Below, piece by piece: positions 1-9,053 of a DNA stretch of 26,065 nt. Position 1 is the first letter of the stretch, and each line of letters starts with the position of its first letter. This DNA is from a virus. Lineage: Duplodnaviria > Caudoviricetes. Position numbers and translations under genes: made by a program. Location: positions 1 to 26,065 of IMG/VR virus record IMGVR_UViG_3300042992_000231, one strand, 5' to 3'. The notes under the pieces were generated by a model. The model had not been told where the DNA came from and searched no databases. It worked only from the letters and a program-made list of their open reading frames with translations.

Positions 1-35
1 TCTTGGGTTCTTGCAGACCCGCAACCGGAGCAACC

Positions 36-635
36 ATGAAATTACTCGCCCTCGCCGTCTGTTCGGTGGCCCTGACAGGCTGCGCAACCAACTCGGAATA
101 CGCTGCCTACGCTGACGCCCACAAAGCCCAAGCAGCAGCCCAAACAGCACGTTTCCAAGCCCTTGCTGACATCGCTCGGCAAGGTGATACCACGGCCAAG
201 GTTGCAGCGGTCATGTCCCTGCAAATGGGTGGCGGTCAGCAGAACGCTCAGATCAATGCGCCCAAGTCGTGGGCGGACTACGCCATGCAGTGGACCGGTC
301 TGTTGCTGCCAACTGTCGGCCAAATCTACACGGTCAACAAGCAGACTTCTCTTGGTATGCGCCAGTCCGACAACGCAACAGCTCTGGGTGTCAGCACCAA
401 CGCAGCGTTTGTGGGCATCGCCTCGCAGATTCAAGCGCCAGCGGCTAACGTAACCTTGAGCGGCACAGGCGTGATCGGAGCAGGTTCTTACTCGATAGGA
501 GCGAACAGTGGGTCAAACTCTGGCAACAGTGGTCGCCTTGCTGGTGGCGGCATTACTGACAATACGGCTACTCCAACTGTGGTGACCAGCACCAACACCA
601 CGACCAACACCATCACACCCGCAGTGGTGCCATGA
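36..635 (+). CDS. Predicted lipoprotein (199 aa) with Thr/Asn/Gly-rich C-terminus
   Basis: GGAG RBS before ATG at 36; signal peptide MKLLALAVCSVALTG-C with lipobox LTGC. Confidence 0.8.
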   Translation: MKLLALAVCSVALTGCATNSEYAAYADAHKAQAAAQTARFQALADIARQGDTTAKVAAVMSLQMGGGQQNAQINAPKSWADYAMQWTGLLLPTVGQIYTVNKQTSLGMRQSDNATALGVSTNAAFVGIASQIQAPAANVTLSGTGVIGAGSYSIGANSGSNSGNSGRLAGGGITDNTATPTVVTSTNTTTNTITPAVVP

Positions 636-739
636 AAGACTGGGCCGTAGCATTCTGTGCAGCGGCCCTTCTGATTGGGCTAGTGGTTTGGTGCGCCCGC
701 GTTTTAATCTGGAGTTTGAATGGCGGATTCTGGCGATAA
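632..739 (+). CDS. Small single-TM membrane protein (35 aa, MKDWAVAFCAAALLIGLVVWCARVLIWSLNGGFWR)
   Basis: Not in the ORF track; ATGA overlap with the upstream stop, one hydrophobic helix, fills the gap before the next gene. Confidence 0.6.
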   Translation: MKDWAVAFCAAALLIGLVVWCARVLIWSLNGGFWR

Positions 740-1337
740 AGCCCTCGGCGTGCTGGACAAGGTGCTGGCCTATGTCGATTCACCCTTTAAGCTGGTCGCC
801 ATCCTCGTCATGGGTCTGGTTGCGTTTGCCGGGTACTTTGTCTGGCAGAACCAGACGGTGCTGATTGGTGCATACCAAGAGAACAAGAAGATGCCCGTGA
901 TCCACGAAGATCGGGTTGACGATGCGGCAAGTGTTTTGTTCAAACAGACCGACGCCAAGTTTGTTGCCATCTTCAAGGTCAACCCAATTTTTGGCACACG
1001 GGTCTTGTACCGCCTGTACACCAAGGACGGGCGCAGTAAGGAGATGGAAGGTTTGGATGTTGGCCTGTTCACAACGAACGTAGCAAACAACAACGACGTG
1101 GTGAAGTTGATGGCGGGTGAGACGCCGTGCAGTCCATATCTGAGGGCGCAGTCGGAGTTGGGCATTTGGTATATTGCGCAGGGCGTTTCGTTCACCTGCC
1201 GTATCAGCATACCGCCAGATCGCAGCAGGTTCATTGGGCAGATTACGGCTGGCTGGGTAGAGCAGCCGCAGAACATGGAGCACGTCCACTCCATGCTGGA
1301 CATTGCAGCAAACATGCTTGTTAAAAGGGGTCATTGA
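720..1337 (+). CDS. Single-TM protein with periplasmic GAF-like domain; T4 T (class III) holin-like
   Basis: N-terminal amphipathic LGVLDKVL, one TM helix, ~160-aa C-domain with motifs resembling T4 holin T as recalled; lies in the lysis cassette. Confidence 0.6.
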   Translation: MADSGDKALGVLDKVLAYVDSPFKLVAILVMGLVAFAGYFVWQNQTVLIGAYQENKKMPVIHEDRVDDAASVLFKQTDAKFVAIFKVNPIFGTRVLYRLYTKDGRSKEMEGLDVGLFTTNVANNNDVVKLMAGETPCSPYLRAQSELGIWYIAQGVSFTCRISIPPDRSRFIGQITAGWVEQPQNMEHVHSMLDIAANMLVKRGH

Positions 1338-1840
1338 TGCTTTCACTGTTTTCAACTCTTGGGGGTCTGCTGATCTCCGGCCTCCCAAAACTGCTGGAGT
1401 ACTTCCAGAACAAGGCTGACCAAGCGCACGAGCTGAAGCTGGCCGCGCTGCAGAACGAGCGTGAGCTGGCCTTGGCCGCTCAGGGCTTCGCTGCCCAACT
1501 GAAGATTGAAGAGGTCCGCACCGATCAGATCGCCATGGAGACCGACGCCCGAATGACTGAAGCCGCGCTTTCGCACGACGAGAAGGTGCTTGAGAAGGCC
1601 AGCAAGTGGGTTGCCAACTACGTGGGCACTGTGCGCCCCACTGTGACCTACATTTTTGTCCTTGAGCTGGTGTTGATCAACGGCTTCATGGCTTGGTATC
1701 TGTGGAACCACCCCGGCCTGATCACCAACATTGATGATGTCATCAAGTACGCCGACCTGATTTTCAGCGCTGACGAGATGGCAATGCTGGGCGGCATCAT
1801 CGGTTTCTGGTTCGGCTCTCGCGGCTGGAGCAAAAAGTGA
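1337..1840 (+). CDS. Putative holin (3-TM, GTA-type holin family-like)
   Basis: TGATG overlap start; N-terminal hydrophobic segment, coiled region, W..VRP.VTY TM motif, C-terminal IIGFWFGSR; directly upstream of the endolysin. Confidence 0.7.
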   Translation: MLSLFSTLGGLLISGLPKLLEYFQNKADQAHELKLAALQNERELALAAQGFAAQLKIEEVRTDQIAMETDARMTEAALSHDEKVLEKASKWVANYVGTVRPTVTYIFVLELVLINGFMAWYLWNHPGLITNIDDVIKYADLIFSADEMAMLGGIIGFWFGSRGWSKK

Positions 1841-2343
1841 AACTGAGCAGGGCAGGCGAAGACCTGATGCACCGGTTCGAGGGCAAACGCTCTCGGCCCT
1901 ACCTGTGCCCAGCGCACATCTGGACGATTGGCTACGGCCACGTCCTGTATCAAGAGCAGATCAGGCTCCCCGTGATGCGGGTCGAAGGCAAGCCCAACCC
2001 CATGATCCGCAAGGAAATGCCACTGAAACCGGAGGACAACCGTGTCTGGACGAAAGAAGAGATCGACGAACTATTCCGTGTTGATGTCGGAACTTTTGAA
2101 CGGGGTGTTCTTCGTCTTGTTCCCGGCGTTGTTGGGCGGCAAGGCGCTTTTGACGCTCTTGTCTCTATTTCCTTTAACTTCGGGCTAGGCAACCTGCAGC
2201 GCAGCACCATCCGCATGAAGGCCAACCGGGGTGATTGGGAGGGAGCAGCCGATGCGTTCCGGGCTTGGACCAAGGGTGGCGGCAAGGTTCTCCCCGGGCT
2301 GGTCAAGCGCCGAGAGGCCGAGATTGCGCTGTTTCTGAGTTAA
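1837..2343 (+). CDS. Endolysin, GH24 phage lysozyme
   Basis: FEG..(8)..C..(5)..TIGYGH catalytic signature, FDALVS..FN.G, W.K.GG..LPGLVKRR.AE; GTG start overlaps the upstream stop. Confidence 0.93.
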   Translation: MKLSRAGEDLMHRFEGKRSRPYLCPAHIWTIGYGHVLYQEQIRLPVMRVEGKPNPMIRKEMPLKPEDNRVWTKEEIDELFRVDVGTFERGVLRLVPGVVGRQGAFDALVSISFNFGLGNLQRSTIRMKANRGDWEGAADAFRAWTKGGGKVLPGLVKRREAEIALFLS

Positions 2344-2374
2344 GTGCGAAAATGCCACAAAGCTGAGGTAAACA

Positions 2375-4288
2375 ATGCCACTCAAGAAAATCCTTTTCAG
2401 GCCGGGTGTAAGTCGAGAAAACACCAGATATTTGTCGGAAAACGTCGGACCCACGGGGGTCAACGGCGCGTATTCTGCTGGTTGGTACGAGTGCGACAAG
2501 ATTCGGTTCCGCTCCGGTACGCCTGAAAAGATCGGTGGCTGGGAGCGCATCTCGGCAAACTCCTTCCTTGGTGTATGCCGGTCGCTTTGGAACTGGGTGA
2601 CGTTGGGCGGGGCCAACCTGCTGGGCGTGGGCACCAATCTCAAGTTCTACATCGAGAGCGGCGGCTCGTACTACGACATCACGCCGATCCGTGGAACACC
2701 CGGAACCATCAACAACAACCCGTTTGTCGCTACTCTGGGCTCCAGCGTCATCACCGTCACAGACACGGCTCATGGTTGCTTCACTGGGGACTTTGTAACC
2801 TTCAGTGGGGCTGTGGGGCTTGGCGGCAACATCACGGCAGGCGTGCTCAACGCAGAGTACCAAGTCACCGTGGTAAACGCGAACACGTACACCATCACCG
2901 TCTCGGCCACCGCCAACGCCACGGACGTATCCGGCTCCCCGGGCGGCGGGGCTTCGGTTGTTGCAGCGTACCAGATCAATACGGGTTTTGAGTTTGCGGT
3001 TCCCGTGGTCGGCTGGGGTGCGGGCGGCTGGGGAACTGGTGTGTGGGGAACGGGCACTTCGTCCTTGGAAACCCTGCGGCTGTGGAGCCAGTTCAACTTT
3101 GGCGAAGACCTGATCTTCGGGCCACGAGGCGGAGCCATTTATTACTGGGACTCTTCGGCTGGCACAGGCACCCGGGCGATCAACCTGACAGCGATTGGCG
3201 GCGCTTCGGATGTGCCCACGGTTCAGAACACCATTTTGGTCTCGGATGTGAGCCGCTTTGTGCTGGCCTTTGGCTGCAATGATTATGGAAGCGCCGACCA
3301 AAGCCCGATGCTGATCCGCTGGTCTGACCAAGAAAGTGCGGCAAACTGGACGCCAGCAGCAACAAACCAAGCGGGTAGCTTGCAGCTATCTCGGGGTTCA
3401 GAAATCATCACGGCCATTCAGTCGCGCCAAGAGATCATTGTGTTCACCGACAACGCTGTGTATGCCATGCAATACCTTGGACCACCTGCTGTGTGGGGCG
3501 CAACATTGCTGGCCGACAACACCTCCATCGTCAGTCAGAACGCCGTCACTATCGCATCCGGGGTCACGTTCTGGATGGGCGTGGACAAGTTCTACAAGTA
3601 CGACGGTCGAGTCCAAACCTTGCGCTGCGACCTGCGCCAGTACATCTTTTCTGATCTTGACAAAGACCAGTACTCGCAGGTGTTCGCGGGCACCAATGAG
3701 GGCTTCAACGAGGTCTGGTGGTTCTACTGCTCGGCGGGCTCTACCGTGGTGGACAAGTACGCCATCTATAACTACCTTGAAGACATCTGGTATTACGGCG
3801 ACATGAGCCGCTCGGCATGGCTGGACTCCGGCTTGCGGGACTATCCAATTGCGGCGACGTACCTAAACAACATCGTGAACCATGAGTCTGGTGTGGACGA
3901 CAACTCCACGGCAGTACCTACGCCGATTGCGGCAACAATCACATCCGCTGAATTTGATCTGGACGACGGGCACAACTTCATGTTCCTGTACCGCGTCCTG
4001 CCGGACATCACTTTCCGGGGGTCTGACGCCGCGTCCCCTACGGCCCGGATGTACATGCAACCCCTGAAGAACTCGGGCTCCGGGTACACCACGCCTCCTT
4101 CGGTGGGAGGTGAGAACAACAGGCCCATCACGCGCACCGCAGTGCTGCCGATTGAAGAGTACACCGGCCAGATTTTCACCCGGGTGCGGGCACGTCAGAT
4201 GTCTGTGAAGGTGGAGAGCGATGGGCTTGGCGTGACGTGGCAGCTCGGGGCTCCCCGACTCGACCTCAGACCTGACGGACGGAGATAA
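2375..4288 (+). CDS. Virion tail/head-stabilisation protein (P22 gp10/nozzle-like beta-propeller)
   Basis: 637 aa, beta-rich, IRWSDQE motif, EVWWFYC, inserted small beta domain (TAHG..TGDFVTFSGA), WG repeats; GAGG RBS. Confidence 0.7.
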   Translation: MPLKKILFRPGVSRENTRYLSENVGPTGVNGAYSAGWYECDKIRFRSGTPEKIGGWERISANSFLGVCRSLWNWVTLGGANLLGVGTNLKFYIESGGSYYDITPIRGTPGTINNNPFVATLGSSVITVTDTAHGCFTGDFVTFSGAVGLGGNITAGVLNAEYQVTVVNANTYTITVSATANATDVSGSPGGGASVVAAYQINTGFEFAVPVVGWGAGGWGTGVWGTGTSSLETLRLWSQFNFGEDLIFGPRGGAIYYWDSSAGTGTRAINLTAIGGASDVPTVQNTILVSDVSRFVLAFGCNDYGSADQSPMLIRWSDQESAANWTPAATNQAGSLQLSRGSEIITAIQSRQEIIVFTDNAVYAMQYLGPPAVWGATLLADNTSIVSQNAVTIASGVTFWMGVDKFYKYDGRVQTLRCDLRQYIFSDLDKDQYSQVFAGTNEGFNEVWWFYCSAGSTVVDKYAIYNYLEDIWYYGDMSRSAWLDSGLRDYPIAATYLNNIVNHESGVDDNSTAVPTPIAATITSAEFDLDDGHNFMFLYRVLPDITFRGSDAASPTARMYMQPLKNSGSGYTTPPSVGGENNRPITRTAVLPIEEYTGQIFTRVRARQMSVKVESDGLGVTWQLGAPRLDLRPDGRR

Positions 4289-4290
4289 AC

Positions 4291-4545
4291 ATGGGCATGT
4301 TCAGTCGCGTAACCCCACCTCGGCCAACTGCTGCACCGCAGGAGTACACCACTGCGTTCATGGACCAGATGCAGAACATCTTCAACTTGTTCTTCAAGCA
4401 GATCAACGCTGTGCAGCAGCTTAATGTTGCCAGTTTAAACATCGACATCAACACTCTTCCAACGCAGGCGGACTTGGCCAACTTGCGCGTGGGCGATGTC
4501 TATCGAGACACCAGTGCCTCGAACGTATTGAAAGTGAAGGTCTGA
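4291..4545 (+). CDS. Small virion-associated protein (tail accessory, hypothetical)
   Basis: 84 aa, GGAG RBS, packed between structural genes. Confidence 0.6.
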   Translation: MGMFSRVTPPRPTAAPQEYTTAFMDQMQNIFNLFFKQINAVQQLNVASLNIDINTLPTQADLANLRVGDVYRDTSASNVLKVKV

Positions 4546-4546
4546 T

Positions 4547-6049
4547 ATGGCAAACCCATGGGACGACGCATATTCCCAGTACGCCAATCAAGCGCGTTCT
4601 GGCGACATCACCGCCGACTTCATCCGCAAGACGTACGGCGGTCTTGAGGGTGGCAAGTCTGAAAAAGGCAACTCGTTTGCCGACCGGGTGATCGCCATCC
4701 ATCAAGAGTTGGAAGACCAGCGGAAGAAGTACAAGGTTCCGATCTCTGGCGGTCAGATTGGAGAGGCTGATACGGTCTGGGATACCGCGTTCCGGCTGGC
4801 CGAGACCGGCACAGATTCCCTCTACGACCTTGGTCAACGGCAGAAAGAAGTTGTTGGTTATGAGGGTGAAGGTGGTGGTACATACACGGCTTATGAAAAT
4901 GAGCTGTACCACAAGCCTACAGGCGCGGCTGTCACCATGCCTAACCACGGGTTCAAAAACGAATACGCCTTGCAGTTCGCCCCGGACGGAACGCCCGTCC
5001 CATACTCCACTCCAAAGCGAAGTGATTGGGTTGATTTTCGAGAGGACTTCTTGAAGCCTGCAGCTTCCTTGGTGGGCTCGTTTATCCCCGGCGTCGGCCC
5101 GTACATTGCTGCCGCCAACGCAGCATACGCGGCATCCAAAGGCGATTGGGAGAAGGCTCTGCTGTCTGGCCTGAGCGCTGCAGTCCCGCTGGCTGGCAAA
5201 CTCGGGGCAAGCGTCGAGACGGCAAACACACTCAACAACGTACGGCAGGCGGCTACCGTGCTGAAGGCGCTGGAGAGCAAGGATTTGTTGGGCGCTGCGC
5301 TTGGCGGGGCGAACTTGGCCGGTGTTTCTGAGGTGGCCGGGTTCTCCACACAAGACATCGGCAAGGCGCTCGGCATGGTCACGGCCCTCCAAAGCGAGGA
5401 CCCAGCAGCCATCATCAAGGCTGGTGCTGGGTTTTTGCCAAAGGGCGGCTTCGACGGGCCGAAAAGCTCCGACATGATCGAGGGGTACTTTGCCCCGGGT
5501 GGTGAGGGCTATATTGCCCCGCCCACCTATGCCCCGGACACCAAGGGGTACTTTGACGAAATCACCGGCCACTTCATGCCGGATGAAGGCGGTGCTCTGA
5601 GTTTTGGCGATCTGACCAATGAGACCTCGGGGACCAACATTGGTTCCATGGACGACTACCAATACAACCCAGACACTGGCAACTGGACTTTGCCCGACGG
5701 CACGGTGATCGACACCAGCTACATGCAGAACAGCAAGACGCCACTGACCGGCCAGCAGATCATGAACAACGCTGGCGCAGGTGCCCCCAAAACTCCGGGC
5801 GCTGCGGCAAAGCCCCCTGCGGGGGTGGCCAAGGTTCCAACCAAGCCGGGGCAGGGCATCGACATCAACCAGCTCGCATCCCTTTTGGGTGGTGGGCAAC
5901 AGGCCGCACCAACGATTGTGTCATCTGGGCAAGAAAACGCCGCAGACGTACAATTGATGGAAGATATTTTTGGAACCACCATGTCTGCGCCTCCGGCAGG
6001 TGATACCGCTACACGAGCCCGCGAACTTGCGCGGCTTTTAAGGAGCTGA
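4547..6049 (+). CDS. Putative internal virion/ejection protein
   Basis: 500 aa, Gly/Ala-rich hydrophobic helices (SLVGSFIPGVGPYIAAANAAY); position after the tail gene. Confidence 0.6.
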   Translation: MANPWDDAYSQYANQARSGDITADFIRKTYGGLEGGKSEKGNSFADRVIAIHQELEDQRKKYKVPISGGQIGEADTVWDTAFRLAETGTDSLYDLGQRQKEVVGYEGEGGGTYTAYENELYHKPTGAAVTMPNHGFKNEYALQFAPDGTPVPYSTPKRSDWVDFREDFLKPAASLVGSFIPGVGPYIAAANAAYAASKGDWEKALLSGLSAAVPLAGKLGASVETANTLNNVRQAATVLKALESKDLLGAALGGANLAGVSEVAGFSTQDIGKALGMVTALQSEDPAAIIKAGAGFLPKGGFDGPKSSDMIEGYFAPGGEGYIAPPTYAPDTKGYFDEITGHFMPDEGGALSFGDLTNETSGTNIGSMDDYQYNPDTGNWTLPDGTVIDTSYMQNSKTPLTGQQIMNNAGAGAPKTPGAAAKPPAGVAKVPTKPGQGIDINQLASLLGGGQQAAPTIVSSGQENAADVQLMEDIFGTTMSAPPAGDTATRARELARLLRS

Positions 6050-6050
6050 C

Positions 6051-9044
6051 ATGGCAAGAAGATATGTACCCCCAACGTACGACGAAGACGGCGCTATTCT
6101 GGAATATGGATATTACGAAGACGATGGCGAGCCAGAAGAGTCTCCCGGCCAGTTAATCACCCCCCGCGAGTTGGATAGCTTACCCGTCCCGTCGTACGAC
6201 TATTCATCAACGCCGCCATCGGCATCGCCAGACTTTGCTGGCGGCGAATCGCAAGACCATGACTTCACCAAAGAAGAAGCTGACGCTCTCTGGAAGGCTG
6301 GTGTGTGGGATCAGGTGAAAGGGCTTGGTCAAAAAGCGCTCGACCTGTTTAAAACGAATGGCGAGTACGACCTTAAAAAACTGATGGCCCTTGGCGGCGG
6401 TTTGCTGGCTGCATCCAAGTCAAACAACGCGGCACCCACCGGCTATCAAGGCAAAATCCCCAAGCTGACGGCCACAAGCAACATGCTGACAGCGCCTCCT
6501 GTGGGGCGGCGTCCCGGCTCGGGCGGCATCAACTACGGCGGTGGGGCCACGTTCCGCGATGAAAAGGGCAACATCGTTTCTTCCAACGAGAAGACCTTGG
6601 AAGAGCTGCGTGCGGCTGCTGCCAGCAATCCATTCAATCGCCCCAGCACATATGAAAACCCAAGTTATGGTCGCCCACCCGTAACACCACCTCCAAGCGG
6701 CGGTGGTGCGCCAACCCCCGGGCCTACGACAACACTCGGGCCTACGCCAAGCACAGGCCCAACACCAACCTCCGGGGGCGGCGGTCTTCCTGACCTTGCT
6801 CGCCCACCAACCCCCGGTGGCGGCTCTGCCGAAATTACCACGCCGGGCGGCTCGTCAGTTTCCGTGCCCGGGCAGTACGGCGCAATTGCACGACCCAGCT
6901 ACCAGCAAACGCCGTACACAGGCGCAAGAGAAGGCACCAAACTTCCTGATGGCCGCATTCTTACGGCTCAGGGAATTTACGACCCTAAAACCGGGGATGT
7001 AATAACTCCTGACGGCTATCGGGTTGGTGCGGGTAATGGCGTGATAGCCTCGAACAAAGATACCGTATCCAGAGAAGATGCTGAGCTCATGAAGGGCCTG
7101 ACGTTCTCGATGGACCCCAACAAAGAGGCCACTCCAGAGGAGGTAAAAAACTACATCCAATGGCAGATGACTCAGGCAAACCCGCTGGGTCAAGGCACGT
7201 TGGCTGATGTGTATGCCAAGCAGGGCATTACCGATCCCTACAACAGCCCCCTTGTTCAGCAGCAGGCTCAAGAGCAACTGAAGCGGCAGGACCGCCGTGA
7301 TGCCATGTATGCTGCCACGCAGATGGGCTTGGACCCAACACTTGCACACTCCCCACAGGGATACGGCATGTGGGAAGACCCCAATTGGCTGGCCAAACAA
7401 ACTGCTGACGCTGCTGCTACCGCTCAACGCAACCAGCAACAAGCCGCAGCCGCTCCCAGCGTCGTAGTTGGAGGTGGCGGCATAGCCACTCCAGCACCCG
7501 TTGCTCCACCTCCCGATGTAAACGACTGGGCTGGAAGTCAGCAAGGCCAAGCCGCTGGCGGCATCAATAGCGTTTACAACAGCATCAACCAGTTCTTGGC
7601 CACAAACCCGAGCCAAGAGGCCCTTTCCAGCGCCATGCAGCAGTATGGCGTGGATCAGGCAACTCTTGATGCAGCCAAGGCATACGGCAGTCAGGGTTTT
7701 GCAGCAGGCGGTCTTGCACCAGAAGGTTTTGTCGTCCCCGCCGATGTGGTGAGCCACTTGGGCAACGGCAGTTCCGAGGCTGGCCTAAAGCTGCTGGTCT
7801 CCAAGTTCGATGCCAAGCCCATCAAGGGCGAAGGCGACGGCATGAGCGACTCCATCCCCACGACCATTGGCGGCAAGCAGGAAGCTCGCGTGGCCAACGA
7901 CGAAGCGTTTATCTCCCCTGAGATGGTCAAAAAAATTGGTGGCGGTGACGCCGAAAAGGGTGCAAAGAAGCTGTACGCCATGATGGACCGTGTTCGTGAA
8001 GAGCGCACCGGCACCACCGAACAAGGCAAGCAAATCGACCCCAACAAATTCATGCCGGGAGGCTCTGTGCAGAAATACCAAACAGGCGGCACAACTGTGC
8101 CCAAAACCACCCCCGCCGGGGCTACTGGCTATGAATCCAGCTTGTCCAATTGGGCTGGCGATTACGTCACTGGCATGCTGGGTCAAGGTCAGGCACTGGC
8201 CAACAAGCCGTACGAGGCCTACACCGGGCCGCTGACTGCTGGCGCATCGGGACTGCAGAACCAAGCGTTTACGCAAGCTGCCGGGTTGCAAACTCCTGCT
8301 GCCATTGGGCAAGCTGCGACCACTGCCGGTGGTATTGCCTCTCTGGCTCCCGGCGCAGGAAAGTACACGCCAGTTGGGATCGACTTTGGTGCGGACCAAG
8401 CTCAGCAGTACATGAACCCGTACCTGCAGTCTGCGCTGAACCCCGCGATGGACGAGGCCCGCCGCCAAGCTGACATTTCCCGCATGGCTGATGCTGGCCG
8501 ACTCACTCAGGCTGGTGCGTTTGGTGGCAGCCGTCAGGCCATCATGGAGTCAGAGGGTCGCCGTAACTTGATGGACAAACAGAACCAGATGCTGACCTCG
8601 GGGTACTCTACTGCGTTTGACAAGGCCCAGCAGCAGTTCAATGCCGATCAAGCACGCAAGATTCAAGAACAGCAGTTCGGCACAACGTCAGGTTTGCAAG
8701 GTCTGCAGACTGGCCTCCAAGGCGCACAAACCCAAGGTCAACTGGGTAATCTGCAGTCGCAAGCCGATCTGGCGGGTCTTAGTGCAATGTCTGGCTTGGG
8801 TGGCGTGCAGCGTGGCATCGAGTCGGAGGGCATTGCAGCCGACAAGGCGCAGTTCGAGGAGGCTCGCCTGAACCCCTACAAGATGGTGCAGTTCCAGCAG
8901 TCCTTGCTCTCGGGCTTGCCATTGGCGGCGCAGTCGTACAACATCCCGGGCCAGAGCAACCTGCAGCAGTTTGCTGGCGGGGCCACGACAATACAGCAGC
9001 TTTTGGACATCTTGAGTGGCAAGACCACCGCCACCACAAAGTAA
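6051..9044 (+). CDS. Putative internal virion/DNA-ejection protein
   Basis: 997 aa; Pro/Thr/Gly linker, FVVPADVVSHLGNG..GDGMSDSIP module, Gln-rich C-terminal YMNPY..GAFGGSR region typical of podophage ejection proteins. Confidence 0.7.
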   Translation: MARRYVPPTYDEDGAILEYGYYEDDGEPEESPGQLITPRELDSLPVPSYDYSSTPPSASPDFAGGESQDHDFTKEEADALWKAGVWDQVKGLGQKALDLFKTNGEYDLKKLMALGGGLLAASKSNNAAPTGYQGKIPKLTATSNMLTAPPVGRRPGSGGINYGGGATFRDEKGNIVSSNEKTLEELRAAAASNPFNRPSTYENPSYGRPPVTPPPSGGGAPTPGPTTTLGPTPSTGPTPTSGGGGLPDLARPPTPGGGSAEITTPGGSSVSVPGQYGAIARPSYQQTPYTGAREGTKLPDGRILTAQGIYDPKTGDVITPDGYRVGAGNGVIASNKDTVSREDAELMKGLTFSMDPNKEATPEEVKNYIQWQMTQANPLGQGTLADVYAKQGITDPYNSPLVQQQAQEQLKRQDRRDAMYAATQMGLDPTLAHSPQGYGMWEDPNWLAKQTADAAATAQRNQQQAAAAPSVVVGGGGIATPAPVAPPPDVNDWAGSQQGQAAGGINSVYNSINQFLATNPSQEALSSAMQQYGVDQATLDAAKAYGSQGFAAGGLAPEGFVVPADVVSHLGNGSSEAGLKLLVSKFDAKPIKGEGDGMSDSIPTTIGGKQEARVANDEAFISPEMVKKIGGGDAEKGAKKLYAMMDRVREERTGTTEQGKQIDPNKFMPGGSVQKYQTGGTTVPKTTPAGATGYESSLSNWAGDYVTGMLGQGQALANKPYEAYTGPLTAGASGLQNQAFTQAAGLQTPAAIGQAATTAGGIASLAPGAGKYTPVGIDFGADQAQQYMNPYLQSALNPAMDEARRQADISRMADAGRLTQAGAFGGSRQAIMESEGRRNLMDKQNQMLTSGYSTAFDKAQQQFNADQARKIQEQQFGTTSGLQGLQTGLQGAQTQGQLGNLQSQADLAGLSAMSGLGGVQRGIESEGIAADKAQFEEARLNPYKMVQFQQSLLSGLPLAAQSYNIPGQSNLQQFAGGATTIQQLLDILSGKTTATTK

Positions 9045-9053
9045 GGACAGATC

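Noticed and set aside
3-35. Upstream TTG start of the first ORF (likewise the extended starts at 18424, 19099, 19893, 21984, 22952 and 24318)
   Set aside because: Downstream ATGs have better RBSs, signal peptides or stop-start coupling
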